Of a stretch of 64,000 nt of DNA, positions 20,586-31,666 are shown piece by piece. This stretch comes from Macrostomum lignano (lineage: Eukaryota). A program made the translations under genes and the position numbers. The notes beneath the pieces were generated by a model. The model made no database searches, was not told the DNA's origin, and saw only the letters and a list, made by a program, of their open reading frames with translations. Each line of letters starts with the position of its first letter. Positions within the stretch are counted from its first letter, which is position 1. The DNA lies in NCBI GenBank assembly GCA_002269645.1, contig NIVC01000129.1:170755-234754 (forward strand), written 5' to 3'.

Positions 20586-21796
20586 AGGCTCGAAAACTAC
20601 ACCTGAGCACAAACTGAAATCATTAGATGCTAAAGTACATGATCGAATTACTTCAGAACACTTGGAATATTCAACATGGATCGTGAACAGCATCAGTTTT
20701 TCTGCATGCTGTTATGTAGCTCATACACTGTATATCCTACGTCCTGGGATCTACAGATCGCGCTGAAGATGTGTAAAGGTGAATGAAGGTTCCAAAAGCA
20801 TTCAGTGTGCTCTGGAGAACGCATAGCGCAGAATGAGGTTTCACCATAGACAAATTAAGTCGAGAAAAATTATATATTAATTTATATTAATTTATAAAAT
20901 TATAAATTATATTTCTCTGGAGCATTCTTAATACCCGACAGGCATGCTTCCTCCGAGGCGACCTCGAGAGTGAACTTTGACCTTTTTGCGATCACGACAA
21001 CGACGATGCTCAGCACTTTGTCTGTCTGCCAGCCCGACCATCCCACGGCTCATCCAGTTCCTCCAGGGCGATCATCACCTCCCCGCTGTGTCTACGGACC
21101 ACCCTGCAGCTAAGTCACGTTAAGACGAGCCTGCTTAAGTTAAGCTAGTTTCCAAGAATGACGAATGCTAGCGTCATTTTACTGCGGTTGGGCATGACAT
21201 TATGATCTGCCTGGCAAATTGTGACAGATAAAGGGCTTAGATGAATAACGGCTGCATGCGAGTACATTTGCGCACAATAGCGAACGCTAAGAGTTGACCT
21301 TTGCAAAGCCAGAGAGCAATGCAACTCGCCCTATTCTCAGTCAGACAATTAGCTGTTTATGGTAAAGCTAAGTATAGGCTAAGTTTCTTGGAAATAGCTG
21401 ACAGAACAGTGGCCTAAGTAATTACGGAAAAGGTACTGTGTATTCAGTTTTCGGTTTTAAAGTGGTTTATGAAAAACAATTCCAACAATGAGCTGAAAGT
21501 TGGACAGAGATTTTCCAGGAAATTGCGCGCCTCTTGAACGGTGTAAAAATTACAGCATATATTCATGAGCGCACAGCCTCGCTTGTTTTCGTTTTCAACC
21601 GTTCTAGGTTGCATTTGGTACGTTGAGAATCCGCAACCACAAGTCATTAAAATCTTGCTCGCTTCTTCTGATCAGGTAAAAACAGCTACAATTAAAAAAC
21701 CTTGGAAACTTGAAAGCTTTCAGTTGCAATTTAAAACTACTTGTTAGTCAATTCCATTTTTTTATTATCCCTATAGCTTTCACTTTAGTGGTTTTA

Positions 21797-21930
21797 GGGG
21801 CTTTAGCACCAAGGGGCTTTAGCACCAAGGGGCTTTAGCACCAAGGGGCTTTAGCACCAAGGGGCTTTAGCACCAAGGGGCTTTAGCACCAAGGGGCTTT
21901 AGCACCAAGGGGCACCAGCACCAAGGGGCG
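21797..21930. repeat. Minisatellite, 16-bp unit caccaaggggctttag
   Basis: Tandem copies sharing the gcacca..gggg core with the 20277 array. Confidence 0.9.
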
Positions 21931-22142
21931 GCATATTCTTTTATAACCCTAGCTATGCCCCTGGTCATTGATATATCCGACGAGTATATTATCTTTGATC
22001 ATAAGGAATATCTTAATCAATTTAATTACTTCTCAATTACTCTGCAAATGGACTATCTGCTTTCTCCAAAACAAATCGTTTCAAATAGCCTTTTTCGTCT
22101 CCGACATTTTAAAGAATTTCAGTCGACTCTGAAATTCAGCAG

Positions 22143-25100
22143 ATGACGGAGGTCTCCGGCGGCTTGCGCCTTCGTGGCCAGTCCGAGCCGCTCACCCGGC
22201 GACTCAAGCGACTGCTCGACGAGTACTCTGACGGTCTGGCGGTGCCCAAGGAGCTGCTGCAGAACGCTGACGACGCGGGCGCCACCGAGGTCACCCTGCT
22301 CTACGACTGCCGCGAGAACTCCGACTGGCGCGGCTCCGAGTCGCTGCTCGACCCCACGATGGCCAACTGTCAGGGACGGGCGCTGTGGGCCTTCAACAAC
22401 GCCACCTTCAGCGATGAGGACTTCGACAACATCCTGCAGCTGAGCGGAGCTACCAAGCTGGAGAAGACGGCCAAGGTCGGTCGCTTCGGTCTGGGCTTCA
22501 ACTCGGTGTACAACCTGACTGACGTGCCACAGATCCTCAGTCGGCACCGCATGCTGATCCTTGACCCGCACGGTGAGCGCAGGGGCGAGGGCTACTTGGA
22601 GGCGGTGTACGCGAGTCATAGAGACAGGGACACTGGAGTTGAGCTCGACTTTCAAGCACAGCCGAGTCTGCAGGATCGGTACGCCAACCAGTTTGCACCG
22701 TTCGCTGGGGTCTCAGGCTGCAATCTGCAAGCAGATGAAGGAAACTTCGCCGGCACGCTGCTGCGCCTTCCGCTGCGCACTGAGGCTCAGGCAGCGAAGT
22801 CGAAGATCTGCGATCGCGTGTACTCTGACTCAGAGATTCGCGGCTTGCTGAGACTCGCTGCAGAGCAAGCCGACGCTATGCTTCTGTTCACCCAGACAGT
22901 GCGAACATTCCGGTGTCTGTTCCTGCCGTCCAATGCGACCGATCCTTCAAAGCAAACGCGACTCGTGTTCTTCGCTCACAAGAGACCTCTCAAATATTTT
23001 CAGCGACATGCCATCGCACTGCCACCGCTGCCAATAGCAGGAATGTCCCAGGCGGATCAAGATTTCGCTGCTCAGAACTCGATTCTCAAGGTAGCCGAAT
23101 CTCTGATCGAATCTGCTACTCAAGGACGCCCAGGACAAAATCAAGAGCATCGCTGTCAAGCGACTGTCGAGGTTGAGTTTCAACTAGGAGATTCGGCTCA
23201 AGACCAGTTCCAGATCAGCACAGCCGTCTCCACCAGAGTGTGGCTCGTGTGCGCTGCTGTCGGCAGTGGGCAGTCGCTCGCTGTCGCGTTGGAGCAGCGT
23301 CGCCTCGGACTGGCGCCTGTGGGAGCCGTGGCGCTGCCCATCGAGCAGTCTCACAGGATCGTGCCGCTGTCACGTGACACACAGCCGGCCTCGCTGCTGT
23401 TCTGCTTCCTACCGCTACCTGTAGAAAATTCATTTCCTGTGATGCTGAACGCGAGCTTCTCCGTCACCTCGAGCCGACGGCACCTCAACGAGGTCACGGT
23501 CGACGAGAAGCAGGGCGTGTGGAGTCTCGGCGAGTGGAACCGAGTGCTGCTCACAGACGTCATTTGTCCTGCCTACATCGACGCTCTAAAGATTCTAAGT
23601 GGAATGTCTTTGGTGAATGCAGAGATTTCCCAAGAGCTGTGGCCTCGATTCGACAGAGCTACTCAGTCTGTGTGGAGGCCTCTCATTGAGAAGTTCTACG
23701 CTTGCCTGCTTGACGGTCAGGCGCCAATCTTTCACACATCAGCTGGCTGGAAGAGTTTGGAACACACGGTGTTTCTGGATCCCAGCATCCTGTCACTGGG
23801 TGGGATTTCAGATTGTTTGAGTCGACTCGCCACGAGACTCGTGGGTCAGCACGAAGGTGTCGCATCGTTGACCGATGGAGTTCGACGAACTGTGGAGCAG
23901 CTGGGACTGACGAACAAGATTCTGCAGCGTCAGTGGTCAGGCGAGACATTACTGCTTAATTTGGTGTCGAACATGTCATGCCTGTGGCAGTCGGGCTACT
24001 CTGCGGACTGCTTCAGAGCGCTGAAATTCATGCTGAATGTCATCAGTGGGGGTGGCAATGCAGACTGGAGCTCCGCTTCTAGAATTGTTACTCAAAACGT
24101 TGTGAATCAGTTGAAGCAGTCTTGTTGCATTCCTAACGTCGGAAACGCCCTGTGTCAGCCTCTGCAGCTTCTAGACTCCAGCTGTCAGGCTGCAAGGCTA
24201 TTCGAAATTAACGCAAGCGTGTTTCCTAACAGTGACCTGCAGACACCGGATCGGCTGAGAGCGCTCCGCACAGTCGGGCTCCGCGCGGATCTCAGTTGGG
24301 CTGAGTTGTTGAGTCGCGCTCAGTCAGTTGCTGCGCTCTCTGAGCCTCAGAAAACCGAGCGCACGGTGTTGCTGCTTTCCTACTTGGATTCGTTCCGTTC
24401 TCGGTTTGTAAACCAGCCGATTAATCAGCTGAGGAACGTAGAGTTTCTGCCTGCCTTGAAGAAACCTGACAGCAGTTGCCTTGTCTGGCGAGCTGATCAG
24501 TATCAAAACACGCAACTTTTCCAGCCTTGTCAGCTGTTTGCTGCCAGTTGCAAAGATCTTGTATCCGCATCGCAGCTTATTTTGGACGAGACAGTGCTGC
24601 GTGATGTTGCTGAATCAATGAGACGAGATCTTCTGGCTGCAATCGGAGTTCTAAACGTGAGCCAAGTCTCCAATGAAGTGGCTTGGCAGCAGCTGGTTGC
24701 TGTGGCCGGCACCCGAGCTGGCAATGAAGAAAATCTGCGAGTGAGCCGGTGCGTTTATCGACACCTCAGTGCCCAAATCTCTAACCGACGGCTCAATAGC
24801 CAAATGGTTCTTAGCATGATGAACCAGACTTCGAACATTATTTGGTCTCCATCAGGTTTCATTAGGCCTGCTGAAGTGAGTCGGTCAAGATCTGATGCAG
24901 GATTTGAGCCATTTCTTCATGTTTTGCCTTCGGAACTATGTGGCATCCAGTGCGAAAGCTTTTTGAAAGCAGTTGGAGTCAATCAAAACTTCAGGGCATC
25001 GCACTATGCAGGTGTGCTTGAACTTCTTTCTCAGCGTTACTCCTTGGCACCACTAACACCTGGCGATTTGGATTTGAGCCTTAAAATACTCGACCAGATC

Positions 25101-28100
25101 GGCCGCTTTCAGGATGAAGCCTTGGCGTCTGAGAGCTTGCTCGCACCTGACCATAACCGCATTCTGAGACCCTGCACACAATTGTGCTTTAACAACCTGC
25201 CTTGGATGAAGTCTGTCCAAATACCAAATGAGACTTTCTTCTCCCACGAAAACATCTCCTTCGGGCTGTGCCAGAAGCTTGGAATTCCAAGCCAGAGAGA
25301 AAGCATGCTGGCTCAAGCGATGCAGCCTCTGCCTTTCGGCCAACACGAGGACCTCACAACCAGATTGCAGAACATCATTTCCGGATACCCGCTTGGAATC
25401 GAGCTCTTCAAGGAACTCATTCAGAATGCGGATGATGCTGGGGCATCAAAGATCAGCTTCATCATCGATCGTCGGCATCACGGGACCGAGCGAGTGCTGA
25501 GTGACAGCTGGAAGGAGCTGCAGGGACCCGCGTTTCTCGTCTACAACGACTCGACATTCTCCGATGCGGACATCGAAGGCATCCAGAACCTTGGTCTCGG
25601 ATCCAAGCGAGACGAAGCATGGAAAGCTGGACAGTACGGCATTGGGTTCAACTGTGTGTACAACATCACGGATGCGCCCTCGTTTCTGTCCGATGGAAAG
25701 ATTTTCTGCGTGATGGATCCGCACTGCAGGTACATGCCTGGTGCTACTTTGGCTTCTCCGGGAGGTATGTTCAAGAACCTCGAGCGCTTGAAAGATACTT
25801 TTCGCGACGTATTTGCGGGGTACTGTCTGGAGAGCTTGCCGCAAACGGGAGGAACCGTGTTTCGACTGCCACTGAGAACGGTGAGCTCAGCTAAAGAATC
25901 TAGAATATGCGAAAGATCGGTCAGTGCCGATGACATCAAGCACCTATTCGACGAATTCAAGAATGAACTTGGGCGAACTGCCTTGTTTCTCTTGAATATC
26001 CGTGAAGTGCAACTCTCCGAAGTATCGGCGGACAACAAGTTAACAACAGTTTTTTCCGCCAAGTTGGAAGTTGAAAATGTATCTGGGTGCTTCGATGACT
26101 TCAAGCAGGCGTGCGAAACTGCCAGTCAGCAGCTGCGGAGCAGGGGAGCCCAGCTAAGCGGCATTCCAGTCAGCTCGGTCACCTACGAACTCACGGTGAG
26201 CGGGACTGGCACCAATTTTAGGCAAAGATGGCTCGTTTTTCAAAAACTCGGAGGTCGACTGGACAACATGCCCGCACAGCTGCAGCAACAAGTGGCCTCC
26301 GGAAAGTGGCGTCTTCTGCCAAAGACCGGAGTCGCTGCTCCCATTGTTATGATTGAAACATGCCAGATTGAAGGTCACGTCTACTGTTTGCTTCCATTGC
26401 CTCTGACTACGCCACTTCCTGTACACGTGAACGGTCACTTCATTCTGGACCCATCGCGCAGATCTCTGTGGAAGGCGGATGGAGCTGTAGATGTCAAGGA
26501 GAAATGGAACCAAGTGCTGGCCACTCAGCTTCTTCCCGACTGCTATGGCAGTCTACTCGAAACTGCAAAAACAGTTTATTCGAATGTGCAGAGCGTACAC
26601 CACTTCTACAGCCTTCTTCCAGAGTACCACGCAAGAAATCAGACGCTGTGGGGCCAGCTTGCAAAGCTTGTCTTCCAAAACGCCTTTCGATTTCGATGGC
26701 CCATCTTCCCTGTGCACTCTGTACTTGAAAAACAGCTGAAGTGGCTGCCGCTAGCACAGAGCTCAGGTGATATCAGCGGTAGAGCTGCATTCCTGAGTCC
26801 GTACAATTTGACTGAGTATCTTCAGAACGTTCTGAGTAAACTGCGATTTCCCATTATGGTCCCCGATCATGTAGGCCTTCGTCAGTCGCTTGAGTGGTGC
26901 CAACTGGAGTTCATCCCGGTAGCTGATGCTGTGTCCATTTGCGCATTTCTCAGAGGTCCAGCCTGCAAGCAACTTCGAGATTCGTTGCCGAGTGATGTGA
27001 GCGCGACATCATTTCAAACCCCCGAGGCCGTTGTGAGACTGCTCGCACATCTGCTTGATGAATTGCAAAAGCAGGTGCGGCATCTCATCGGAGTGCCCTT
27101 GAATTTAGGTGCCGGAAACCGACTCTCTGAGTTTGGCAATGGATCGACGCCTCTGTTTCTCACTCAATTCCATGACTTGTTTTCGCACAGTGAAGCAAAG
27201 CACAAGTTTGTGCACAAGAAAGTTTTGTCCCAGGTCGATCCGAAGACGCAAAACTATTTGATCCGGAGAAAGTTGTGCCAAGATTTTCAGCTGATGGATT
27301 TTCGCACTCTTCTGCACAGGGAGCACGCCGCAATCTGCAGGACTGACACTGCCTTCTTACCAAATTCAGAGTTCGGAATCGAAGCCGAGTTTCTCAAACA
27401 ATGGTTGAATCGAGTGTGGGAGTTTCTAAACAACCAATGCACTAATAAGAATGCACCAATGCAAAACCTATCCTCTGCCGGACTGCGCAGCGCACACCTG
27501 ATTCCTGTCAACCAGTCGCGCTTTGCAAGCCTCTCACTAGCGCCCTGCATTTTCGAGCCAATCAAAGTCGGTCTCGATGACTGCAGCAAAGCAGTCGAGG
27601 AGTCTCTGCAGCAGCTCAACGCTCCCTCGCTCAGCATGATGGGCTTGAAGCTGGTCGGCAGTTTGTGTGGCAACGTCAGACAGTCCGAGTCCATGCTGAG
27701 AGTGATGGAGTTCGCTCTGAATGAGAACGATGAGAGATCTGCGACCACTGAGAAGCAGGCTGTGAGCTTTTTAGTCTACATCCAGAACAACTGGGGACAG
27801 CTAAGTAAGAGAATGGGAGAGCAGAACCTCCTTGTCAGAGTGCGTCAATTACCGGTGTTTGTCACTTCTGACGGTCGCTGCTGCGCGCTCAAGTCTGAGC
27901 AGGCCTGCATCTTGCCGGCATCGCTCGTGGCTGACGAGATGGACGAGTGGAAGAGCTCCAGCCAGGCCATCTTTCTGAAAGCCAATTCCAATCTCGCCCA
28001 CCTGTACGGAAAGCTGAAGTGTGCCGAGATGGAGGAGATCGAGGTCTACGCAAGCTTCATTCTACCCGTGTTCTCAAACTTTAACAGCGATGAAACTCGA

Positions 28101-31100
28101 ACGAAACACCTGGAAAGACTTTGCCTTCTAAGCTGGAGCTTTGAGGCACTAAAGCAACAAAATATAGCGCTATTTGAAAAGCTCAAGCAATCGCTTAGAA
28201 GCGCTGAGTTGATTCCTGTTCAGGGTAACTGGAGACGTGTCAGTTCGTTTTTTAATGAGAAAGTCGAAGTATTTCATCGATTTTTGGATTCGAAATGGTT
28301 CCTACCTGAGCCTTACAATGGCGACCGCTGGAGACGGCTTATGAAAGCTTCCGGATTGGTCGTAGAGTGCTCTGCTGAAATTGTTATTTACTTTGCGAAC
28401 CAGATTCGCAAGGAAGGAGCGAACGGGATAACAGAAAAACTTGTGGAAAAGTCTAATTTTTTGCTCGACTATATTGATAGTGTGGATTTTACAACACAGA
28501 GAACTGATGCTGCCATTCAAAAGCTTGCTAATATTCCATTTATCACAGCTAACAATGATGCAGGTTTGCAGAGCCTCTGCAAGTCTGAGGGCGTTCAGAT
28601 GGCGCGTCTCTCGGAGTGCGTCATGTTCGACAGCCGCTTTCTCTGCTGGACTGTGGCGCCGTTCGCCCCGCCCTGTGTCTCTAATAGAAGCTGTTTTGCC
28701 AAGTTAACCAAACCAGTTACTGATGAACTCTTTCTTCGTCATCTGATAAATCTGTTTAGCGCGCCAGAGTTCGTGTCGTCAAGCTTGCAAGGCGAGGCCG
28801 CAGTATTGAGAGTCAGAGTTCTGCATTCCGTCTATGAAAAGTTGAATTCAATGCTTAATAAGGGTAATTTGATTTCCTTTCTAAAGGAAGTTCCCTGTAT
28901 TTTGGTTGGAGAGCTGGACCAATCCTGCTTTGTTAAAGCAAACAGAATTACTTTCACTAAAGAGTCAGTGGTATTTCCGTACATTCTATTGTGTCCAAAA
29001 AACATTTGGCAGTTTAAAAGTCTGTTCCAAGCTCTCGGAGCTACAGAGTCTGCAACAGTGGAGCAGCTACGCCTTGCAATGGAACTCACTTGGAGAGAGG
29101 AGCAAGGCTTGCTTCGAGCAAACAGGCTTTGCTCGGTGAAGCAATGTGTGTCAAGTCTAATCAAATTGTTAGAGGCAGGTGCTGAGCTCAGGTTGCAACC
29201 CGGGACAAAGCTCTTTCTGCCAAGAAAGTGCCATAAGGCGACAAGTGACTCCGGTGGAGTGGAAAACGCCTTCGAGCTGGTGGACTGCACCCAGCTAATC
29301 ATCAACGACTCTGATGGCTACCATAAAAGACTTGAAGATACTCAAGGCGTACATTTTCTCGATCTGAGCTTCTGCAATCTGGGCAGCGACAAGCTCAAGT
29401 TTTTCTACCATCACTTGGCAACGAAACTGGATCTAAGAAGATTAAGCGACACTACGAGCGAGAGGCTGCTTTCAGACTGCAGCAAGCAGTGCAGTGACGG
29501 CGAAGACTGCGAAGTTAGAAGTAAGCTTCAAGATAAGCTGCAACATCCTAAACTTCATCTGTGCATCGTGAGCATCATGCTTCACGAAAATAAAGATTCT
29601 TCAATCAAAGGAGATGAATTGTTGACGAAATTGACAAATCTGATATCCGACTTCTCAGTCGTGTGCCTCCCGGAGCTGCGCACTGTTCTGCTACTAGACG
29701 GTAGGGAACAGGAAGATTCCGATGCGTCAAAGAGGTTCTATCTTGATTCTCGAAAATGTCACATTCTCATGAATCACTCTGCCGTGCCTGAGGAGGAAGC
29801 TGGGGACCCAGCGCAGCTTTGGAAGACGGACTTCACTGACGCTGTATTGAAACTTCTCAATACCGGATTTACCCTGTCGGATAAGCAAGAAAAGTATCTG
29901 CAGCAAGTGCTTTTAATGGATGATTCGGAAAGCATGCAGACCGTATTGGACAAGCATAAAATCTCCCTGCACCAGAAAAGTGGACAGCAACAGTTTTCAG
30001 AGCGAGACACACAAGCTGCTTCAATCCTGGGCGATCCTGTTGCAGAATTTGACAAGTGCCTACTGAACCAAATGCCAGACAGACCGAAAGACTTGATCGA
30101 AAAAATTGTTGCGTACCGAACTCGAGAAGAAGAATTTGTTTACGCTCGAGTCGTCAAAAAACACACCAATGGAGGTGACAACCCATGGACTGAGGAGGTC
30201 ACGATTGACACTGGCGGCGGCTCGCTGACCAGAGTCCAAATGTCGGAACTCTACTCAGTTGAGAAGCGTTTTATCCACAACATCCCGGATTCGCCACCAC
30301 CGAGCGGCGAAGAACTCAAACAAACGGTGGACCGTCTCCTGAATAGCGCCAATGCTCTGCCTAAGAAGCAGCAGGGTAGGGTTTTACAGCGAGTTATGGC
30401 TCACTGTTCCGGCAACTCGCGAGAGTCCTACGAGCAGGCGAGAACGCACGCTGCTGCCAATCATGAATGGACCAGACAGTTTGACAGCTGCCAAGACGAA
30501 TGGTACGAGGAAACTGTTCGAGTGACCAGGTATCGGAAGGTTCTGATTGCCGAGGATGTAATGATCACCAGAATGACGAGACGGCGGCACGGCGGAGTTG
30601 GCCGGGGACTCCATTTTGCTGCCGCAGCGTCGGGCAGCTCAGCAGGAGGTGACAGGTATTGCTGGCACGGCCCATCTTGCGTCCCAGTCCGAGCCGCTAG
30701 AAGAGCTCCCAGATGCGCGTCGCAACCGGAGGAGGCAGCCAGGTACTTGAAGACGTCGAGAAACGACCTTCACGCGGCTGCCCAACTAGCTGAGAACGGC
30801 GAGTTCAACAACTGGGTCTGCTACCTCAGCTGGGAGGCCGCGGAGAAGGCGCTGGTAGCCTTGCTTCTGAAGCAGGGCCAGCCTTTTGATGGCAACCAGC
30901 TCAAGTTGAGCTACCTGACCAGAGTCTCTGTAGCGGTTCTGAGCAGCGACCAGCAAAAAAACCTGACTGATCAGGTGATCAAACTTGCCGGCGCCATTGT
31001 GGACGATTGTCGCTACCCGAGCGACCGCGGCCGGCCGCTGATTCCATCGGAAATTTTCAGGGCTGAACAGGCGGCTGCAGCGCTGCAGGCAGCTCAGGGC

Positions 31101-31136
31101 GTCGAGCGGTGCGTTGCGTCTGCAATTGCCGACTGA
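22143..31136 (+). CDS. SACS: Sacsin-like protein, 2997 aa, intronless: two SRR (HSP90-like ATPase) repeats, degenerate J region, C-terminal HEPN
   Basis: GQSEPLTRRL...KELLQNADDAGA...FNNATFSDED...GRFGLGFNSVY and FGQHEDLTTRL...KELIQNADDAGA...GQYGIGFNCVY are sacsin repeat motifs; the C-terminus EEAARYL...WVCYLSWEAAEKAL...CRYP is sacsin-type HEPN. Confidence 0.92.
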   Translation: MTEVSGGLRLRGQSEPLTRRLKRLLDEYSDGLAVPKELLQNADDAGATEVTLLYDCRENSDWRGSESLLDPTMANCQGRALWAFNNATFSDEDFDNILQLSGATKLEKTAKVGRFGLGFNSVYNLTDVPQILSRHRMLILDPHGERRGEGYLEAVYASHRDRDTGVELDFQAQPSLQDRYANQFAPFAGVSGCNLQADEGNFAGTLLRLPLRTEAQAAKSKICDRVYSDSEIRGLLRLAAEQADAMLLFTQTVRTFRCLFLPSNATDPSKQTRLVFFAHKRPLKYFQRHAIALPPLPIAGMSQADQDFAAQNSILKVAESLIESATQGRPGQNQEHRCQATVEVEFQLGDSAQDQFQISTAVSTRVWLVCAAVGSGQSLAVALEQRRLGLAPVGAVALPIEQSHRIVPLSRDTQPASLLFCFLPLPVENSFPVMLNASFSVTSSRRHLNEVTVDEKQGVWSLGEWNRVLLTDVICPAYIDALKILSGMSLVNAEISQELWPRFDRATQSVWRPLIEKFYACLLDGQAPIFHTSAGWKSLEHTVFLDPSILSLGGISDCLSRLATRLVGQHEGVASLTDGVRRTVEQLGLTNKILQRQWSGETLLLNLVSNMSCLWQSGYSADCFRALKFMLNVISGGGNADWSSASRIVTQNVVNQLKQSCCIPNVGNALCQPLQLLDSSCQAARLFEINASVFPNSDLQTPDRLRALRTVGLRADLSWAELLSRAQSVAALSEPQKTERTVLLLSYLDSFRSRFVNQPINQLRNVEFLPALKKPDSSCLVWRADQYQNTQLFQPCQLFAASCKDLVSASQLILDETVLRDVAESMRRDLLAAIGVLNVSQVSNEVAWQQLVAVAGTRAGNEENLRVSRCVYRHLSAQISNRRLNSQMVLSMMNQTSNIIWSPSGFIRPAEVSRSRSDAGFEPFLHVLPSELCGIQCESFLKAVGVNQNFRASHYAGVLELLSQRYSLAPLTPGDLDLSLKILDQIGRFQDEALASESLLAPDHNRILRPCTQLCFNNLPWMKSVQIPNETFFSHENISFGLCQKLGIPSQRESMLAQAMQPLPFGQHEDLTTRLQNIISGYPLGIELFKELIQNADDAGASKISFIIDRRHHGTERVLSDSWKELQGPAFLVYNDSTFSDADIEGIQNLGLGSKRDEAWKAGQYGIGFNCVYNITDAPSFLSDGKIFCVMDPHCRYMPGATLASPGGMFKNLERLKDTFRDVFAGYCLESLPQTGGTVFRLPLRTVSSAKESRICERSVSADDIKHLFDEFKNELGRTALFLLNIREVQLSEVSADNKLTTVFSAKLEVENVSGCFDDFKQACETASQQLRSRGAQLSGIPVSSVTYELTVSGTGTNFRQRWLVFQKLGGRLDNMPAQLQQQVASGKWRLLPKTGVAAPIVMIETCQIEGHVYCLLPLPLTTPLPVHVNGHFILDPSRRSLWKADGAVDVKEKWNQVLATQLLPDCYGSLLETAKTVYSNVQSVHHFYSLLPEYHARNQTLWGQLAKLVFQNAFRFRWPIFPVHSVLEKQLKWLPLAQSSGDISGRAAFLSPYNLTEYLQNVLSKLRFPIMVPDHVGLRQSLEWCQLEFIPVADAVSICAFLRGPACKQLRDSLPSDVSATSFQTPEAVVRLLAHLLDELQKQVRHLIGVPLNLGAGNRLSEFGNGSTPLFLTQFHDLFSHSEAKHKFVHKKVLSQVDPKTQNYLIRRKLCQDFQLMDFRTLLHREHAAICRTDTAFLPNSEFGIEAEFLKQWLNRVWEFLNNQCTNKNAPMQNLSSAGLRSAHLIPVNQSRFASLSLAPCIFEPIKVGLDDCSKAVEESLQQLNAPSLSMMGLKLVGSLCGNVRQSESMLRVMEFALNENDERSATTEKQAVSFLVYIQNNWGQLSKRMGEQNLLVRVRQLPVFVTSDGRCCALKSEQACILPASLVADEMDEWKSSSQAIFLKANSNLAHLYGKLKCAEMEEIEVYASFILPVFSNFNSDETRTKHLERLCLLSWSFEALKQQNIALFEKLKQSLRSAELIPVQGNWRRVSSFFNEKVEVFHRFLDSKWFLPEPYNGDRWRRLMKASGLVVECSAEIVIYFANQIRKEGANGITEKLVEKSNFLLDYIDSVDFTTQRTDAAIQKLANIPFITANNDAGLQSLCKSEGVQMARLSECVMFDSRFLCWTVAPFAPPCVSNRSCFAKLTKPVTDELFLRHLINLFSAPEFVSSSLQGEAAVLRVRVLHSVYEKLNSMLNKGNLISFLKEVPCILVGELDQSCFVKANRITFTKESVVFPYILLCPKNIWQFKSLFQALGATESATVEQLRLAMELTWREEQGLLRANRLCSVKQCVSSLIKLLEAGAELRLQPGTKLFLPRKCHKATSDSGGVENAFELVDCTQLIINDSDGYHKRLEDTQGVHFLDLSFCNLGSDKLKFFYHHLATKLDLRRLSDTTSERLLSDCSKQCSDGEDCEVRSKLQDKLQHPKLHLCIVSIMLHENKDSSIKGDELLTKLTNLISDFSVVCLPELRTVLLLDGREQEDSDASKRFYLDSRKCHILMNHSAVPEEEAGDPAQLWKTDFTDAVLKLLNTGFTLSDKQEKYLQQVLLMDDSESMQTVLDKHKISLHQKSGQQQFSERDTQAASILGDPVAEFDKCLLNQMPDRPKDLIEKIVAYRTREEEFVYARVVKKHTNGGDNPWTEEVTIDTGGGSLTRVQMSELYSVEKRFIHNIPDSPPPSGEELKQTVDRLLNSANALPKKQQGRVLQRVMAHCSGNSRESYEQARTHAAANHEWTRQFDSCQDEWYEETVRVTRYRKVLIAEDVMITRMTRRRHGGVGRGLHFAAAASGSSAGGDRYCWHGPSCVPVRAARRAPRCASQPEEAARYLKTSRNDLHAAAQLAENGEFNNWVCYLSWEAAEKALVALLLKQGQPFDGNQLKLSYLTRVSVAVLSSDQQKNLTDQVIKLAGAIVDDCRYPSDRGRPLIPSEIFRAEQAAAALQAAQGVERCVASAIAD

Positions 31137-31666
31137 GTTTGAGACGATGCTGCTGCGTAGCTATTCTCCACGAGCAGTAAAATGTTTGCTATTGTTTTAA
31201 GACTTCATACAGGCGTAGTTGTGAGTTACATGATTATACAATATGGACGCTGGTCTCTGACATCACATGTACGAAAAGTAAAGCTTCCTCGGAAAACAAT
31301 TCTTGAGGTAAAACGAATTAGAAGATGAAGAGGAGTCAACTAATGCTATAGACGAAAGCGCATAGCAATGTTTCTACTGTACTATTTTTGTGTTAATAAT
31401 GTTATTAGCACGCGAGAGCGAGCGTGGTAATAACATTAAAACTCAAAAATAGTGCAGAAGAGTAATTCATTCTAAAGAGTTTAATAACACCGGTAGAGCG
31501 AAGTTTAGCTAGCGCCTAGCTCGTACACGTAATAGCAGAGCCGTGCGTCCAATGGATTTATTCCACCTAAAAAATACTTTTGCTTTGATTTTTAGTTACA
31601 CATTGCTTCTGCGTGTTTATACGAGTATTTAGATGTCATAGGGAGCAAATTGGATGTGCGGCCCCA

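Noticed and set aside
20113-20693. Collagen-like or elastomeric GAPGA-repeat ORFs
   Set aside because: A 15-bp tandem unit keeps several frames open on both strands; there is no Gly-X-Y periodicity, signal peptide or splice context.
20930-21130. GC-rich patch as a possible upstream sacsin exon or GST-like fragment
   Set aside because: Only weak scattered resemblance, with no convincing splice pair or long frame.
22119-30614. Numerous antisense and off-frame ORFs over the sacsin gene (and likewise over PAPSS exons)
   Set aside because: Expected shadows of GC-rich coding sequence; no recognisable motifs.
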